Of a DNA stretch of 64,000 bases, positions 43,036-64,000 are shown piece after piece (positions within the stretch are counted from its first letter, which is position 1; every line of letters begins with the position of its first letter). The notes beneath the pieces were generated by a model. That model was not told the DNA's origin. It saw only the letters and a list, made by a program, of their open reading frames with translations, and did no database searches. Both the position numbers and the translations under genes were made by a program. Origin of the DNA: Salpingoeca rosetta (lineage: Eukaryota > Protista > Choanoflagellata); NCBI GenBank assembly GCA_033442325.1, contig JAWQFM010000002.1, forward strand, positions 275,954 to 339,953, given 5' to 3'.

Positions 43036-44899
43036 TTAGAGGCAGGGGTGGGAGAGGTACTGGGTCGGGGTGTCGGCACAGGTTGCGTTGCCTTGAACAA
43101 GATAGATGGAGTTGTCTGCGCAGTTGCACAGGGTGAAGCTGGTGAGGTTCCCGCTCGAGACGGCGTCTGGTCGCCGCAGCTGGCGCAGGTTCAGGAACAT
43201 CCCGTCACCCCCGGCGTTGAAGCTCGACTCCAGGAAAGGAATGGCGGTGACAATGTCGTTTGTGTTGACAAACGTCAGGTTGTTCCCTGGCCCGCGCGCT
43301 CGCACGTGCACGTGCCCGTGGGTGCTGCTCAGCGTGGTGTCGAGGAACGATGTTGCAGTCAAGCTGCGGTCCGATGTCACCACCAGTGGCTCCCCTGCGT
43401 TTGCTTCAATTCGCGTCGCTTCCACCTGCATGCAAGGCACAATGGTTCGGGGGAGGGGCAGCAAAGCGGAAAGATGAGGAGGAACCAAGGAGCACAGTGA
43501 GAGAAACTTTACGAGTACTCTCTCTGCCACGTGCATGCATGCAATAGCTGGTTTGAAATGCGGCCATCGCACTCACGCCAGCGATGCCAAAAGAGAGAGG
43601 GGGGGGAGCCTCACACACACACACACACACACAAACACACACCCGCATACACACGCACACACACACATTCACGCGCGCCTCCACTCTCCACCCTTCCCAA
43701 ACGACCTTTGCCTTTGTTCCTCTTGTCTGTTTGAGTGCACACAAACCTGTGGGCGAGCGGTGATGTTGTTTTCGATGACGAGGGCCTCGGACGAGAACTG
43801 TGTTTGTTCCGCATCACCAACAAAGTGCGCCGTCGATGAGTCCTGTTGCGCAGCGAATCGACCGGGGCAGAGTCGTAGTTGAGTTGGTGTGCACATGATG
43901 GATGAGTCATTGAGCGGCAGAGAATGGCTTGAGCAAGGGTCTCAAAGAGCAGAGCGCCACAAAATGGTGCTTGGCTTGTACTCTTGTACTCACTGGCAGT
44001 CCAACTCAACGGGCTGACCTCGGGGGTGACGCGAAGGCGCGGAGAGCTCAGGTGAACGTCTGCGCCGCCAACATCAAGGGTTGACTGGGATGACTGCGAT
44101 TGGCTCAGCGCCCGAAACCGAACCTACCCATCGTGCGTGAGAAAGGAAGGAGGTGAGTAAGTCAGGGAGACAGAAAGGACGGAAGACGGAGGGAGAGACA
44201 GGGAGACAAGAAGAAGGCATGCTCGTGCCAGCAACGCGTACACAGTACACACAGGCACACACTGTACACACGCACACGCATGCATACTCACACGCACACG
44301 CGTACATACTCACACCCGCACACGCGTACATACTCACACACGCACATATACACCCGCACCTGATCAGATCTGAAGATTGTTGGATTCTCCGGTGCACCGC
44401 GAACAATGTAGACTTCTGCCTCACCCCGCACAAACACTTCGTCTGCACCAAACTCGTGCAGGAAGCCCACGGTGTCGCCATCAATGACCATGGCGTGCAT
44501 GCCGCGCGAGTCGATGTTGAGCTGGTTGATGATCCAGATGCTGCCGATCAGTGCGGTGATGGACAGCAGCCCACACAGCACCACGAGGCCAACGACGCAC
44601 CACAGGCGCCGCCGCCGAAGACCAACGGGATAGGTCTCCACAAGAGGGTCGTCCTGGCCCTGCACGTTGAACCCAGAATACCTGCACGTGGTTGTTGTCG
44701 TTGTTTGAGTGAACAAGTCTGTGAGTTGTTGCGCGTGCATTTTGTGCATGCGCGCTGTAGTGCTTGCAAGCACGGGCATGGAAAAGCTGAGCAAGAAGAG
44801 CATAGCGATGCGCAAGCAGGCGAGCAGGCAAGCGGGCAAGCAGGCAATCAGGCAAGCACGCATACAACTTTGCACACACGCACGCACGCACGCACACAC

Positions 44900-44967
<68 letters not shown>

Positions 44968-45138
44968 TCATACGCACCATGACTTGCTGCCTGGAATGTA
45001 TTTGCTTGATCCTCTTCGAATGCGGCCGGAGGTGCCATAGAGCGCATCGTCATCTTCTCTGCGTGGAACCACTTTCCGCTCTGGTGGCGCGTTCTTGGTG
45101 TGCACCGCACCTCTCTCAAGGTACCGTCGCTCCGACAT
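43036..45138 (-). CDS. SGCB: Beta-sarcoglycan-like type II membrane protein (357 aa); exons 45138-44978, 44681-44360, 44123-44019, 43842-43747, 43425-43036
   Basis: GLRRRR followed by a single TM, then LNIDSRGMHAM; ATRIEANAGEPL; C-terminal Cys cluster FTLCNCADNSIYLVQ...C...PCL (recalled SGCB: GLRGRK, TERITSNATSDL, YKLCMCADGTLFKVQ...NPC). All four introns are GT-AG and in phase. Confidence 0.82.
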
Positions 45139-45604
45139 CCTTTTTTTTGGGGGGGGGGGAACAGATGCGGTTGGCAGAACGTGCCATGTGCAAAGTGGGT
45201 GATTATGCTTATGAGAACGAGAACGCGGGCGTTGGTGGTTGAGCATCATCAGCCATACACCAACCAACAGCACACAGGTGCAAAGCACACGTTCTCATCC
45301 ACAGCACATCACACCATACCACATTATCACAGGCCCACACATACCTGTTCCAGCCTGCTGTGCTGCTTTCAGTTCGCGCAAGCCTTGTTGATATGGATGG
45401 GGTGGATGGGATGGTGCTCGCTTCTCTCGCCTGCTTCTGCCCTGCCTGCTTGCTTGTGTTGCTTCTTGCTTGCTTCTTGTTGCTTGCTTTGTTTCCGTTG
45501 CAAAACATGCAAACCGCACCTCTTCCTCGTCAGTTTTTCCTTTTCCCCCCTATTTTTTCCGTTGCTTGCACGCAAGCACCAAAGACGAAGCGCACAAACA
45601 AAGC

Positions 45605-45634
45605 AGTCGCTGTCGAGTCGCTGTCGAGTCGCTG
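45605..45634. repeat. 11-bp tandem repeat (AGTCGCTGTCG)x2.7 in the sarcoglycan intergenic region
   Basis: agtcgctgtcg agtcgctgtcg agtcgctg read directly. Confidence 0.85.
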
Positions 45635-45713
45635 CCACTCTCAAGCTCACCTCACACACACACCCACCCTCGCTCACATCACGCACACACACAGACACAG
45701 ACAGACAGACACA

Positions 45714-45758
<45 letters not shown>

Positions 45759-45805
45759 AGACACACAGACGGATCAGCGCATCAACAAACGAGCTCACGA
45801 GCACG

Positions 45806-46789
45806 ATGGCAAAGGATTCGTATGTGGTGAACCCTTCGCCGCCACAATCGCCAAGGCGGCGGAATGTCACGCAACGCAGCAACGGCAACAACACCCAGTC
45901 AAACAGGTTCAACACCAGCACCAGCCGAGCTTCAAACCTGTCCACGTCGTCGCCAACCTCACAGGATGACCTGGACCACCACATGGTGAATGTGCTGACA
46001 ACGCGCGTTGGCATCTACGGCTGGCGCAAGTACTGCCTGTACCTGAGCGTCCTCTTGCTCGTCTGCCTCAGCATCATCAACCTGGGCATGCTGGTGTTCA
46101 TCTTCCGTGTCATGGACCTGAACGAGGACAGCGCGGGCCCGCTGCACTTCCAGGACCAGCGCCTGCTTGTGCGCGGCCGCGCCGAGTTCACCAACGGCAT
46201 TCTTGCGTCAAACATCTCCGGCTTCGACAACTCCACCCTGCTTGTGGAGAGCAACCAGCAGATCATCCTGCGCTCCTTTGAGCCTGTGGGCAACGACCGC
46301 AGCGAGCTGGTCATGGACGGCGTTGCCGTGGACGTGGGCGCGCGTACATTTGACCTGAGCTTCATGGGTGACACCTACTTCTCCACCAGCCAGGCCGAGA
46401 CGCGCATCACGTCCAACGACGTGGTCGTCCACACAGACACGGGCATGCGCGTGCGCGGGGTGGTGCAAACCTCGACCATCGCCAACTCGTACGAGGACGC
46501 CGAGGGCCTGACCCTGCGCAGCGTTGGGCAGGAGCTCCTGCTCACCGCCACGGAGAACGTGACCCTGGAAAGCACCACCAACAACGTCAACATCAATGCC
46601 TTCCAAGGCGTGCACCTGGAAGCAGAGCAAGGCGACATTGTGCTCAGCGCAGACAACCTGGAGTTGCAGAACCTGCCCACAGCTGCGGGCCCCAGCAACG
46701 CTTTTGCGCTTTGCCTCTGCACGAGTGGCCGTCTCTTCCGGGTGGACTCCTCCATCACCTGCGAGGACGGCGCAGCGACCCTCTGCTAA
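45806..46789 (+). CDS. Gamma/delta/zeta-sarcoglycan-like type II membrane protein (327 aa), intronless CDS
   Basis: VGIYGWRKYCLY...IINLGMLVFIFRVMDL...GPLHF...LLVRGRAEF matches the delta/gamma/zeta signature (GIYGWRKRCLY, LEGDSEF). C-terminus LCLCTSGRLF...TC...LC; several N-x-S/T sequons. Confidence 0.93.
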   Translation: MAKDSYVVNPSPPQSPRRRNVTQRSNGNNTQSNRFNTSTSRASNLSTSSPTSQDDLDHHMVNVLTTRVGIYGWRKYCLYLSVLLLVCLSIINLGMLVFIFRVMDLNEDSAGPLHFQDQRLLVRGRAEFTNGILASNISGFDNSTLLVESNQQIILRSFEPVGNDRSELVMDGVAVDVGARTFDLSFMGDTYFSTSQAETRITSNDVVVHTDTGMRVRGVVQTSTIANSYEDAEGLTLRSVGQELLLTATENVTLESTTNNVNINAFQGVHLEAEQGDIVLSADNLELQNLPTAAGPSNAFALCLCTSGRLFRVDSSITCEDGAATLC

Positions 46790-47342
46790 TCCCCTTTCCC
46801 TCCCTTACACTCTCTTGATAATAGACCTACGTTCTACCATGTTCCAGCGTCTTTGCGTGCATGTTGTGCTTCGAGATGCGAGCTGATGATGCACGAGGGT
46901 GAAGGAGGGTGAAGGAGCAAAAAGGGTGGTGTTCAGTGTGTGTGCGCGTGTGCTGTGCCTGTGTGCGTGCGCGTGTGTGTCTGTGTACATGATTGTGTGC
47001 TGTGCCTGCATGTGCACTGCAAGTCGGCATGTATGCTGGTATGTCTGTCTTTCTTCGTTTGCAACGAATGGGTGGGAGTAGTGGAGTGTGTGCGCGTGTG
47101 TACAGAAGCTGAGAGGAGGAAGGTGAGGAGAAGGGACGGCTGGAGAGGGTGGGTGCCTTGAGTCCTTGAGTGAGTTTGCGTCGGTGTTCATGTTGTGGTT
47201 GCGCGTGGGTGCGCTGTCTCGCTGTGCTACTGGCCAATGTCAGAACGTAAACCCTTAAACCATCATAGCCTTGCGCGAAAAACGGCGCAATCTCAACAAC
47301 AACAACAGCGACGCAACAACACAGCAACAGCAAGAGAGAAAG

Positions 47343-49218
47343 ATGGGCCGAGATGATAGCAGCAGCACGCCCGAGCCTGCTGCGCGGTGGATAAGCACCC
47401 CACCAGGGCACCACAGGCCACAGGGAGCATACACGCACACAGCAGCGATACTGGCGCACGTACAACGCCAAAGGGCGCTGGCAGCGGCTGTGGCGGAAAC
47501 CACGGAAACCACGACAACCAACAGCAGCAGCAGCAGCAGTGGTGGTGGTGGTAGCAGTGATGCACAGCGACATGGTGCAGGCGCTGCTGTGGACTCTGAT
47601 GGCAAAGCGCTCAGCAAGACGTTCCAACCAGCTGTCATTGACTGGGAGCACATTGACAAGACCCGCTTCTACACCCTCGCCCCTCTCGCAGGCATCCTCA
47701 CTCGCATCATCCTCTACCCAACAACCCTCGTCAAGACGCGCCTTCAAGTGCAGAAGCAGGTGTGTTCATGTGTGTGTGTGTCTGTGTGTGTCTGTGTGTG
47801 TCTGTGTACGTGTGTGTGTGTCTGTGTGTGTGTGTGTGTCTGTGTGTGTCTGTGTGTGTGTGTATCGTGCGTGTAATGTAGCAGGGGCAGTCGTATACAT
47901 GAGCTCACGCTGTGACGCTGGTGTTGACGACAGCGCTCATTCTACAACGGCACGGTGGACGCGTTCCGGAAGATCATCAAGTATGAGGGCGTCCGTGCCC
48001 TCTACAAGGGGTTCATGCCAAACCTCCTCAACGTCGGCGCCGGCCAAGTGTAAGTGTGAATGTGTGTGCGTGTGTGTGTGTGCGTGTGTGTTCATATGTG
48101 TGCGTGTGCGTGTGTGTATGTGGGCGTGTGCATATATTGGACTGTCTCAACTCATACACATGTGCGTACTTGCTCTCGCAGATACATCACATCGTATGAG
48201 GGCCTGAAGGACCAGCTGCAGCCGTTCATCTCCAGCGAGTTTTCACGCAACTTGCTTGGCGGCGGCCTGGCCTCTATGGTCTCCCAGGTCGGGTTGCGAT
48301 GCTGCAATGCGCCCGCGTGGCGACTGCAGCTGCAAAGTGACAACTGGACTTACCAAACACTCGCCATTCAGCACACACACACACACACACAGACACACAC
48401 ACACAGACACACACACACACACAGACACGCACAGACACACACACAGACACAGACACACACACACACACACACACTCTCTCTCTCTCTCTTTTCTCACCCC
48501 TCACGCCCCGCTCTGTCTTTCTCCCCCAACTCAACCCCCCCCCTCTCTGTCTCTGTCTCTGTCTCTCTCTCAACCACACCCGAGCAGACGATTGTGGTAC
48601 CCGTGAACGTGGTTTCCCAGCGGCTGATGGTTCACGGACAGTCCATCACCATGGGCGAGCGCATGGAGCCGCTGACGGCGCGTGCACTCGTCAGGCAAAT
48701 CTACTCATCGCAGGTGTGGCGTCACTTCACATAACCTGCACTGCCTGATACATGCTTGACGTGCCGTGCATGTTCTCCTGTCGTGCAACCACACGGCGGT
48801 CTCGTTCCCTCACCACCAACACCACTCATGCATCCCTGCACCTGTCACATCACGTCTACGTAGGGTCTGCGAGGGTTTATGAAAGGCTACTGGGCGTCTG
48901 TTGCTGCATTTGGCCCGAGCAGCGGCCTCTGGTGCGTGAGCTGTGCCATGCATCGCTTATTCGTGAATGTGTGTGTGTGTGTGCAAGTATATCGATAGGC
49001 ATTCCAAGATGCACCCATTTCCGCTCGTTAGCGCACTCCTTCACACGCGACTTTGCTTGTGCGTGCACAGGTGGGCATCATATGGCGTCATCCGCCGGTG
49101 GCAATCAGGTGCGTGTACTTGTCATGTACCAACATCGGTCACGCGCTTTTTTTTGCACGCGCAGTCGTGCTTCTCGGCACAGCCTTGCACTGCAGTCCAC
49201 ATTCAGGGTCATACGTGT

Positions 49219-49291
<73 letters not shown>

Positions 49292-49531
49292 AACAAACAG
49301 GTACCGAGGCAGTGCGCCAAGGAACGTACACGATTGCGCTGCAGGCGTTGGCGGGAGCGATGGCTGGAGCCATCACGGCCGTCACCACAAATCCACTCGA
49401 TGTTGTCCGCGCACGGCTCCAGGTGATGGGCTGTCTGTAGGCGGTGCTGAGGTGCTGAGGTGCTGTGTGTAAGTGTTGTCGGTGAGGTGGTGTGATTCTG
49501 GGATGTGTGCATGTGAGGTGTGTGTATGTTG

Positions 49532-49606
<75 letters not shown>

Positions 49607-50182
49607 TCAGTGGCTGTGTTTGAGTCGAGGCTACAGCGAATTGCAATTGCGGCTGGGCACGCATCATCACCTCACCATGCACCACACTGCACGTTCGCCA
49701 CCCATCTTATGTCACCAGGTGGAGGGGCGTGCTGGCGACAAGCGTGGGTGGGCGACCATCTTCGGGGAGCTGTGGAAGGAGGAGGGTGTTCGTGGCCTCT
49801 TCAAGGGCGTGTCTGCCCGCGTGTTTTACATGGGATTCAACAGCCTGCTCATGATCACCACCTACGAGGTAATACGTTACTTGAACGTGTGTGTGTGTGC
49901 GTGCGTGTGTGTGTGTGCGTGCGTGCGTGTGTGTGTGTTTGCGTGAGAATGTGTGTGTGTGTGTGCGCGTGTGGATGTGTGTTTGCGTGAGAATGTGTGT
50001 GTGTGTGTGTGTGTGTGTCTGTATCGAGAAATGGTGGCTCCAATGACATCCTAACCCTCCGCTAATACCACCACCGCCATCACCACCACCATCATCCCCA
50101 TCACCACCAGACTGTGAAGCGGTTGAGTCTGCGTGAGGACGCCGTGACGGAACAGGACGTCGCACTCGAGGCGTGCTCCTGA
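47343..50182 (+). CDS. SLC25A44: Mitochondrial carrier SLC25A44-like, multi-exon
   Basis: [12 protein letters not shown]...[15 protein letters not shown]|[14 protein letters not shown]; three carrier motifs [16 protein letters not shown] and PLDVVRAR. Confidence 0.9.
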
Positions 50183-50675
50183 ACACACACGCAGACACAC
50201 ACATACACACGCACACACACACATACACACGCACACACACACACACACGCATACACACACAATTGCAGACACACACGCACAATTGCAGACACACACGCAT
50301 ACATGTATCCAGGCAGATTAGGTGTTCAGGTTACAAATGCCAACGGTCACTGACGTACTCACTGCACACATTATCACTCATGCCACACAGCGTGCGTGTA
50401 TTGTGTGGGTGGGGTAATGTGTAGTTGCTTGTTAGGCTGGCTGGTTAGTGCCACTGCGTGTGATGTGGTTTCGGTGACAGAAGAGGGAAGAGCATGCAGT
50501 GGACTGAAGCAATGATTGGTGATTGGTTGTTTATGGCACCAACTGGGGTGTTGTTAATGAAAAGACGAAAAGGCAAGACAAACACCGCAGATCGCGTCCG
50601 TGCCACAGCACGAGCTACGATGCGCACCACGCACGGACCACCCACCCACACATTTGACAGAAACACCACTACGTG

Positions 50676-50729
<54 letters not shown>

Positions 50730-50784
50730 CAGACAGACAGGGTGGGCCTAAACATTCAAGTCTAAAGGTGTGATGGAGACAGTG

Positions 50785-54401
<3,617 letters not shown>

Positions 54402-54655
54402 CCGGCCCTCTGTGTCACCCGCGATTATTGGTTGAAAATTTTCACAAATCCTCACAACTTTGCTTGTTCCGCTTGGTGTTGGTGGTGTTGTGTGGTGGCT
54501 GCCTTCAAGCGAGCCAGCTAGCTTGGCAGCCTTCGATTGTTGCCTTCTTGCCTGCTGTCGCTCCCACGCTTTTGCGTGCCCTGCTTGTCTTGGGTTGGTT
54601 GGTTGGTCGGTTGGTTGGTTAGCCTGTTGACAGCTCGGGGGGCAAACCAACAAAC

Positions 54656-61394
<6,739 letters not shown>

Positions 61395-61423
61395 TGCGTG
61401 CGAGCGCTTTTTGTGACACGTGG

Positions 61424-61550
<127 letters not shown>

Positions 61551-61815
61551 AGTTGTTTTGTGTGTGGCGCGACGTTGTGGTGTCACTCATGGAATGAGCC
61601 AGTGGTGCTGGTTGGGAGGTGTGTTGGTTTGAGGTGCAGAGGCATGTTACACCGTCACTGTCGACTTGTTGTCTCGTCCGCACGAGCAGTTGTTAGCTCT
61701 AGTTCAACGCACTGTACAAACGAATGTTGAAGATTGATGTGATCGACTTGTGGTAAGGAGCAAAGCCACATCAAGATATCAAGAAGATCAGGAAGATCAG
61801 GAAGATCAACACTTA

Positions 61816-61878
<63 letters not shown>

Positions 61879-61948
61879 ATTTTTTTCTTGCGTGCACATT
61901 GCACTACTGTTGCACATTGCTTTGCTTCTGCTCTCGTTGTGTTGCTTG

Positions 61949-62999
61949 ATGGAGGAGGCAGCGAGGGTGTTGAAGCGCCCAAAGTCGGAGGGCGTGCTTG
62001 GCGGACAAGAAGAAGAAGAAAGAGAAGGACAGAGGGTCACGCGGGCAAGCGCAAGGCGAAGGAAGCAAGCACAATCCAAGGAACACAAGAAGCAGGAAGA
62101 CACGTCAATGGCGATGACGAGTGCGGCGCGGCGGCACATCCTGATCACGGGCAGTCCTGGAACGGGCAAGTCAACGCTCGTGTCGAAGCTGATTGCGCGC
62201 TTTAAGGACAAGGGTGTTCCCATGCAAGGGTTTTGGACCAAGGAGGTGCGGCAGGGCGGAAACAGGATTGGGTTCGACGTGGTGACTCTGGACGGCAAGG
62301 TGAGAAGGATGTATGGGACAGAGGGGTGTGCAGTGTGCGTGCGTGTGCGTGTGTTACTGCGGAGTCACGGTGCGCGTGCCACCGCAATTGATTTGTTGCC
62401 ATGTGCACGTCCCACATGAAGACATGACGCTGGATAAGCCTCACGGTTTGTCAGTCTACGGCCACCCACAACTGCCTACTCTCTTGCTCCAGTGTTTGTT
62501 GTATGTACTCCTGTACTCACATCCACCACGCCTGCACACCTTCTCTGCTTGACTTTGTATCGCACAGGAGGGCGTGCTGAGCCGTGTCGGAGCCAAGGGC
62601 CCCCGTGTCGGCAAGTATGGCGTGAACGTGAAAGAGTTTGAGGAGCTTGCCCTGCCGTGCCTTCGAGCGGGCCCAGTGCAGAAGCAGGAGCAAGGCGGCG
62701 AAGAAGCAGGACAGCAGGGACGACAGCGGCAAGCAGTGCGCCTTGTGGTTGTGGATGAGATTGGCAAGATGGAGCTCTTCTCGCAGCCGTTCATGACAGC
62801 GTACAAGGGGCTGCTTGATAGCGCGGCTGACCGTGGCGTCGTAGTTGTGTCCACAATCGCCAAGCGGGGCCAAGGGTTTATTGCCGAAGTGAAGAGCAGG
62901 CCCGACGTTGACCTGCACGAGATAACGCGCGCCAACCGCGACGCCAAGTTTGAAGAGCTTGCCTCCACTCTCCTGCGCCAACTTCGCCCCTCATCATGA
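61949..62999 (+). CDS. NTPCR: Nucleoside triphosphatase THEP1/NTPCR, 2 exons (alternative start at about 62108)
   Basis: ILITGSPGTGKST (Walker A), GFWTKEVRQGGNRIGFDVVTL, RVGKYGV and VVVDEIGKMELFS (Walker B). Confidence 0.93.
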
Positions 63000-63338
63000 G
63001 CAGGGGAGTGGAGAAAGAGGGGACGGAAGGGGGGAGTGAGGGGAGTGAGAAGTAGGAGAAGGAGAACGGACTGGACTGGACTGGGGTCAGCGAGAGAGCA
63101 AGAGAGGTAGAGAGAGAGCAAGAGAGAGGGGAGAGAGAGGGCGAGTCGTGGTGTCAGTGTCCATCCATATCCGTTGCTTTGTTCGCTGGCAAGCGCGCGG
63201 TTTCGTTGACATTTTCCCATAAATTTCACACCGTCAACAGCCACCAGTGTGCAACAGCGCCACAGCAAACGACACACACATCGACCTCCCACACTCCACC
63301 ACTCCACCACTCCACCACCAACCGAACGAACACCGACC

Positions 63339-64000
63339 ATGGCTGGCGACTTCCCCGTGGGCACGAAAGTGTGGGCAAAGTGGAGCAAGACGTTCTACCC
63401 TGGAAAGGTGAGAAAACCAACAAGCGAGTTTGACTGCTAGCGAATGGTGACCGTGGCGGTCAACCCTCGTGTTGGTTATGGTGGTGTCGTGGTCCATTCA
63501 ACAAACACGCATGTTTGTGCCACCAACAACGTCGCTTACCCGCACACACACATCTGTACAGGTTTGGGAGCCAACGGCGGAACAGAGCGCTGCCATGCCC
63601 AAGAGCAAGCCCTACTTTGTCTTTTATTACGGCGCCCCGATCAACGCATGCTTGTCAGTCGTCTCGATGTCGTTGTGGCGCGCTTGGTCGTCATGGCTTG
63701 TAGCTCTTTGTGGCTTGCGCCCACACACAACCATGCACGCTTCTTTCCTGCAACATGCCTCACCCACACACCCCCTCACACACGCACACACTGTTGTTGC
63801 AGTGGTCACCATTCCAAGAAGGAGCTGCATCGCTTTGATGACGAGGAGTTCACTGCCAAGATGAAGGTGTCCGCAATGCTGTCGCACGTATCGTGTCGGT
63901 TATGGCTCTGAAAGAGACACTGTCTGCAACATGCGTTGGCCACACGTTCTCATGTTCGCCAAGTTCACCGCACTGCTCATATCCATGCCCATGGCTGTGC
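63339..64000 (+). CDS. PWWP-like domain protein, 5' part only (runs off the window)
   Basis: MAGDFPVGTKVWAKWSKTFYPGK|VWEP...YFVFYYG matches the PWWP pattern (VWAK...WP...V...YxVxFFG). Confidence 0.65.

Noticed and set aside
44481-45119. Alternative first-exon frame (MTMRSMAPP...) for the beta-sarcoglycan-like gene
   Set aside because: Only the MSERRY frame splices in phase (TG|gtgcgt to cag|G) with exon 2.
61782-61808. (GAAGATCAG)x3 upstream of NTPCR
   Set aside because: A short tandem repeat with no evidence of function.

Overview
Eukaryotic, gene-dense, intron-rich genomic DNA. Nearly every intron carries (CA/TG)n microsatellites, and several exons encode polyQ. The gene content is holozoan and ciliated, and the style strongly suggests a choanoflagellate of the Salpingoeca rosetta type (inference from sequence style, not verified). 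I rebuilt 21 protein-coding loci and 1 tRNA by joining ORF fragments at GT-AG junctions; family assignments come from recalled motifs, not database searches. In order: RPS27, a bZIP transcription factor, a secreted 7-repeat beta-propeller with a frameshift, a BTB protein, TRAPPC2, an SFI1-like centrin-binding protein, SMIM7, BBS4, DNAAF3, an mS25-like mitoribosomal protein, a divergent ZIP transporter, HSP70, tRNA-Ala(AGC), a small all-Cys RING protein, FANCE-like, a catalytically dead piggyBac-derived gene, a beta-sarcoglycan-like and a gamma/delta/zeta-sarcoglycan-like gene arranged head-to-head, SLC25A44, TRNT1, GCC2, NTPCR and a truncated PWWP gene. The top finding is the divergently transcribed pair of two different sarcoglycan classes, i.e. 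the core of the animal 'muscle' sarcoglycan complex, in an apparently unicellular organism. Next are the intron-containing piggyBac derivative, the cubilin-N-like/propeller chimera, and a ciliary gene neighbourhood with an X-box-like site. Most short ORFs in the track are microsatellite artefacts.
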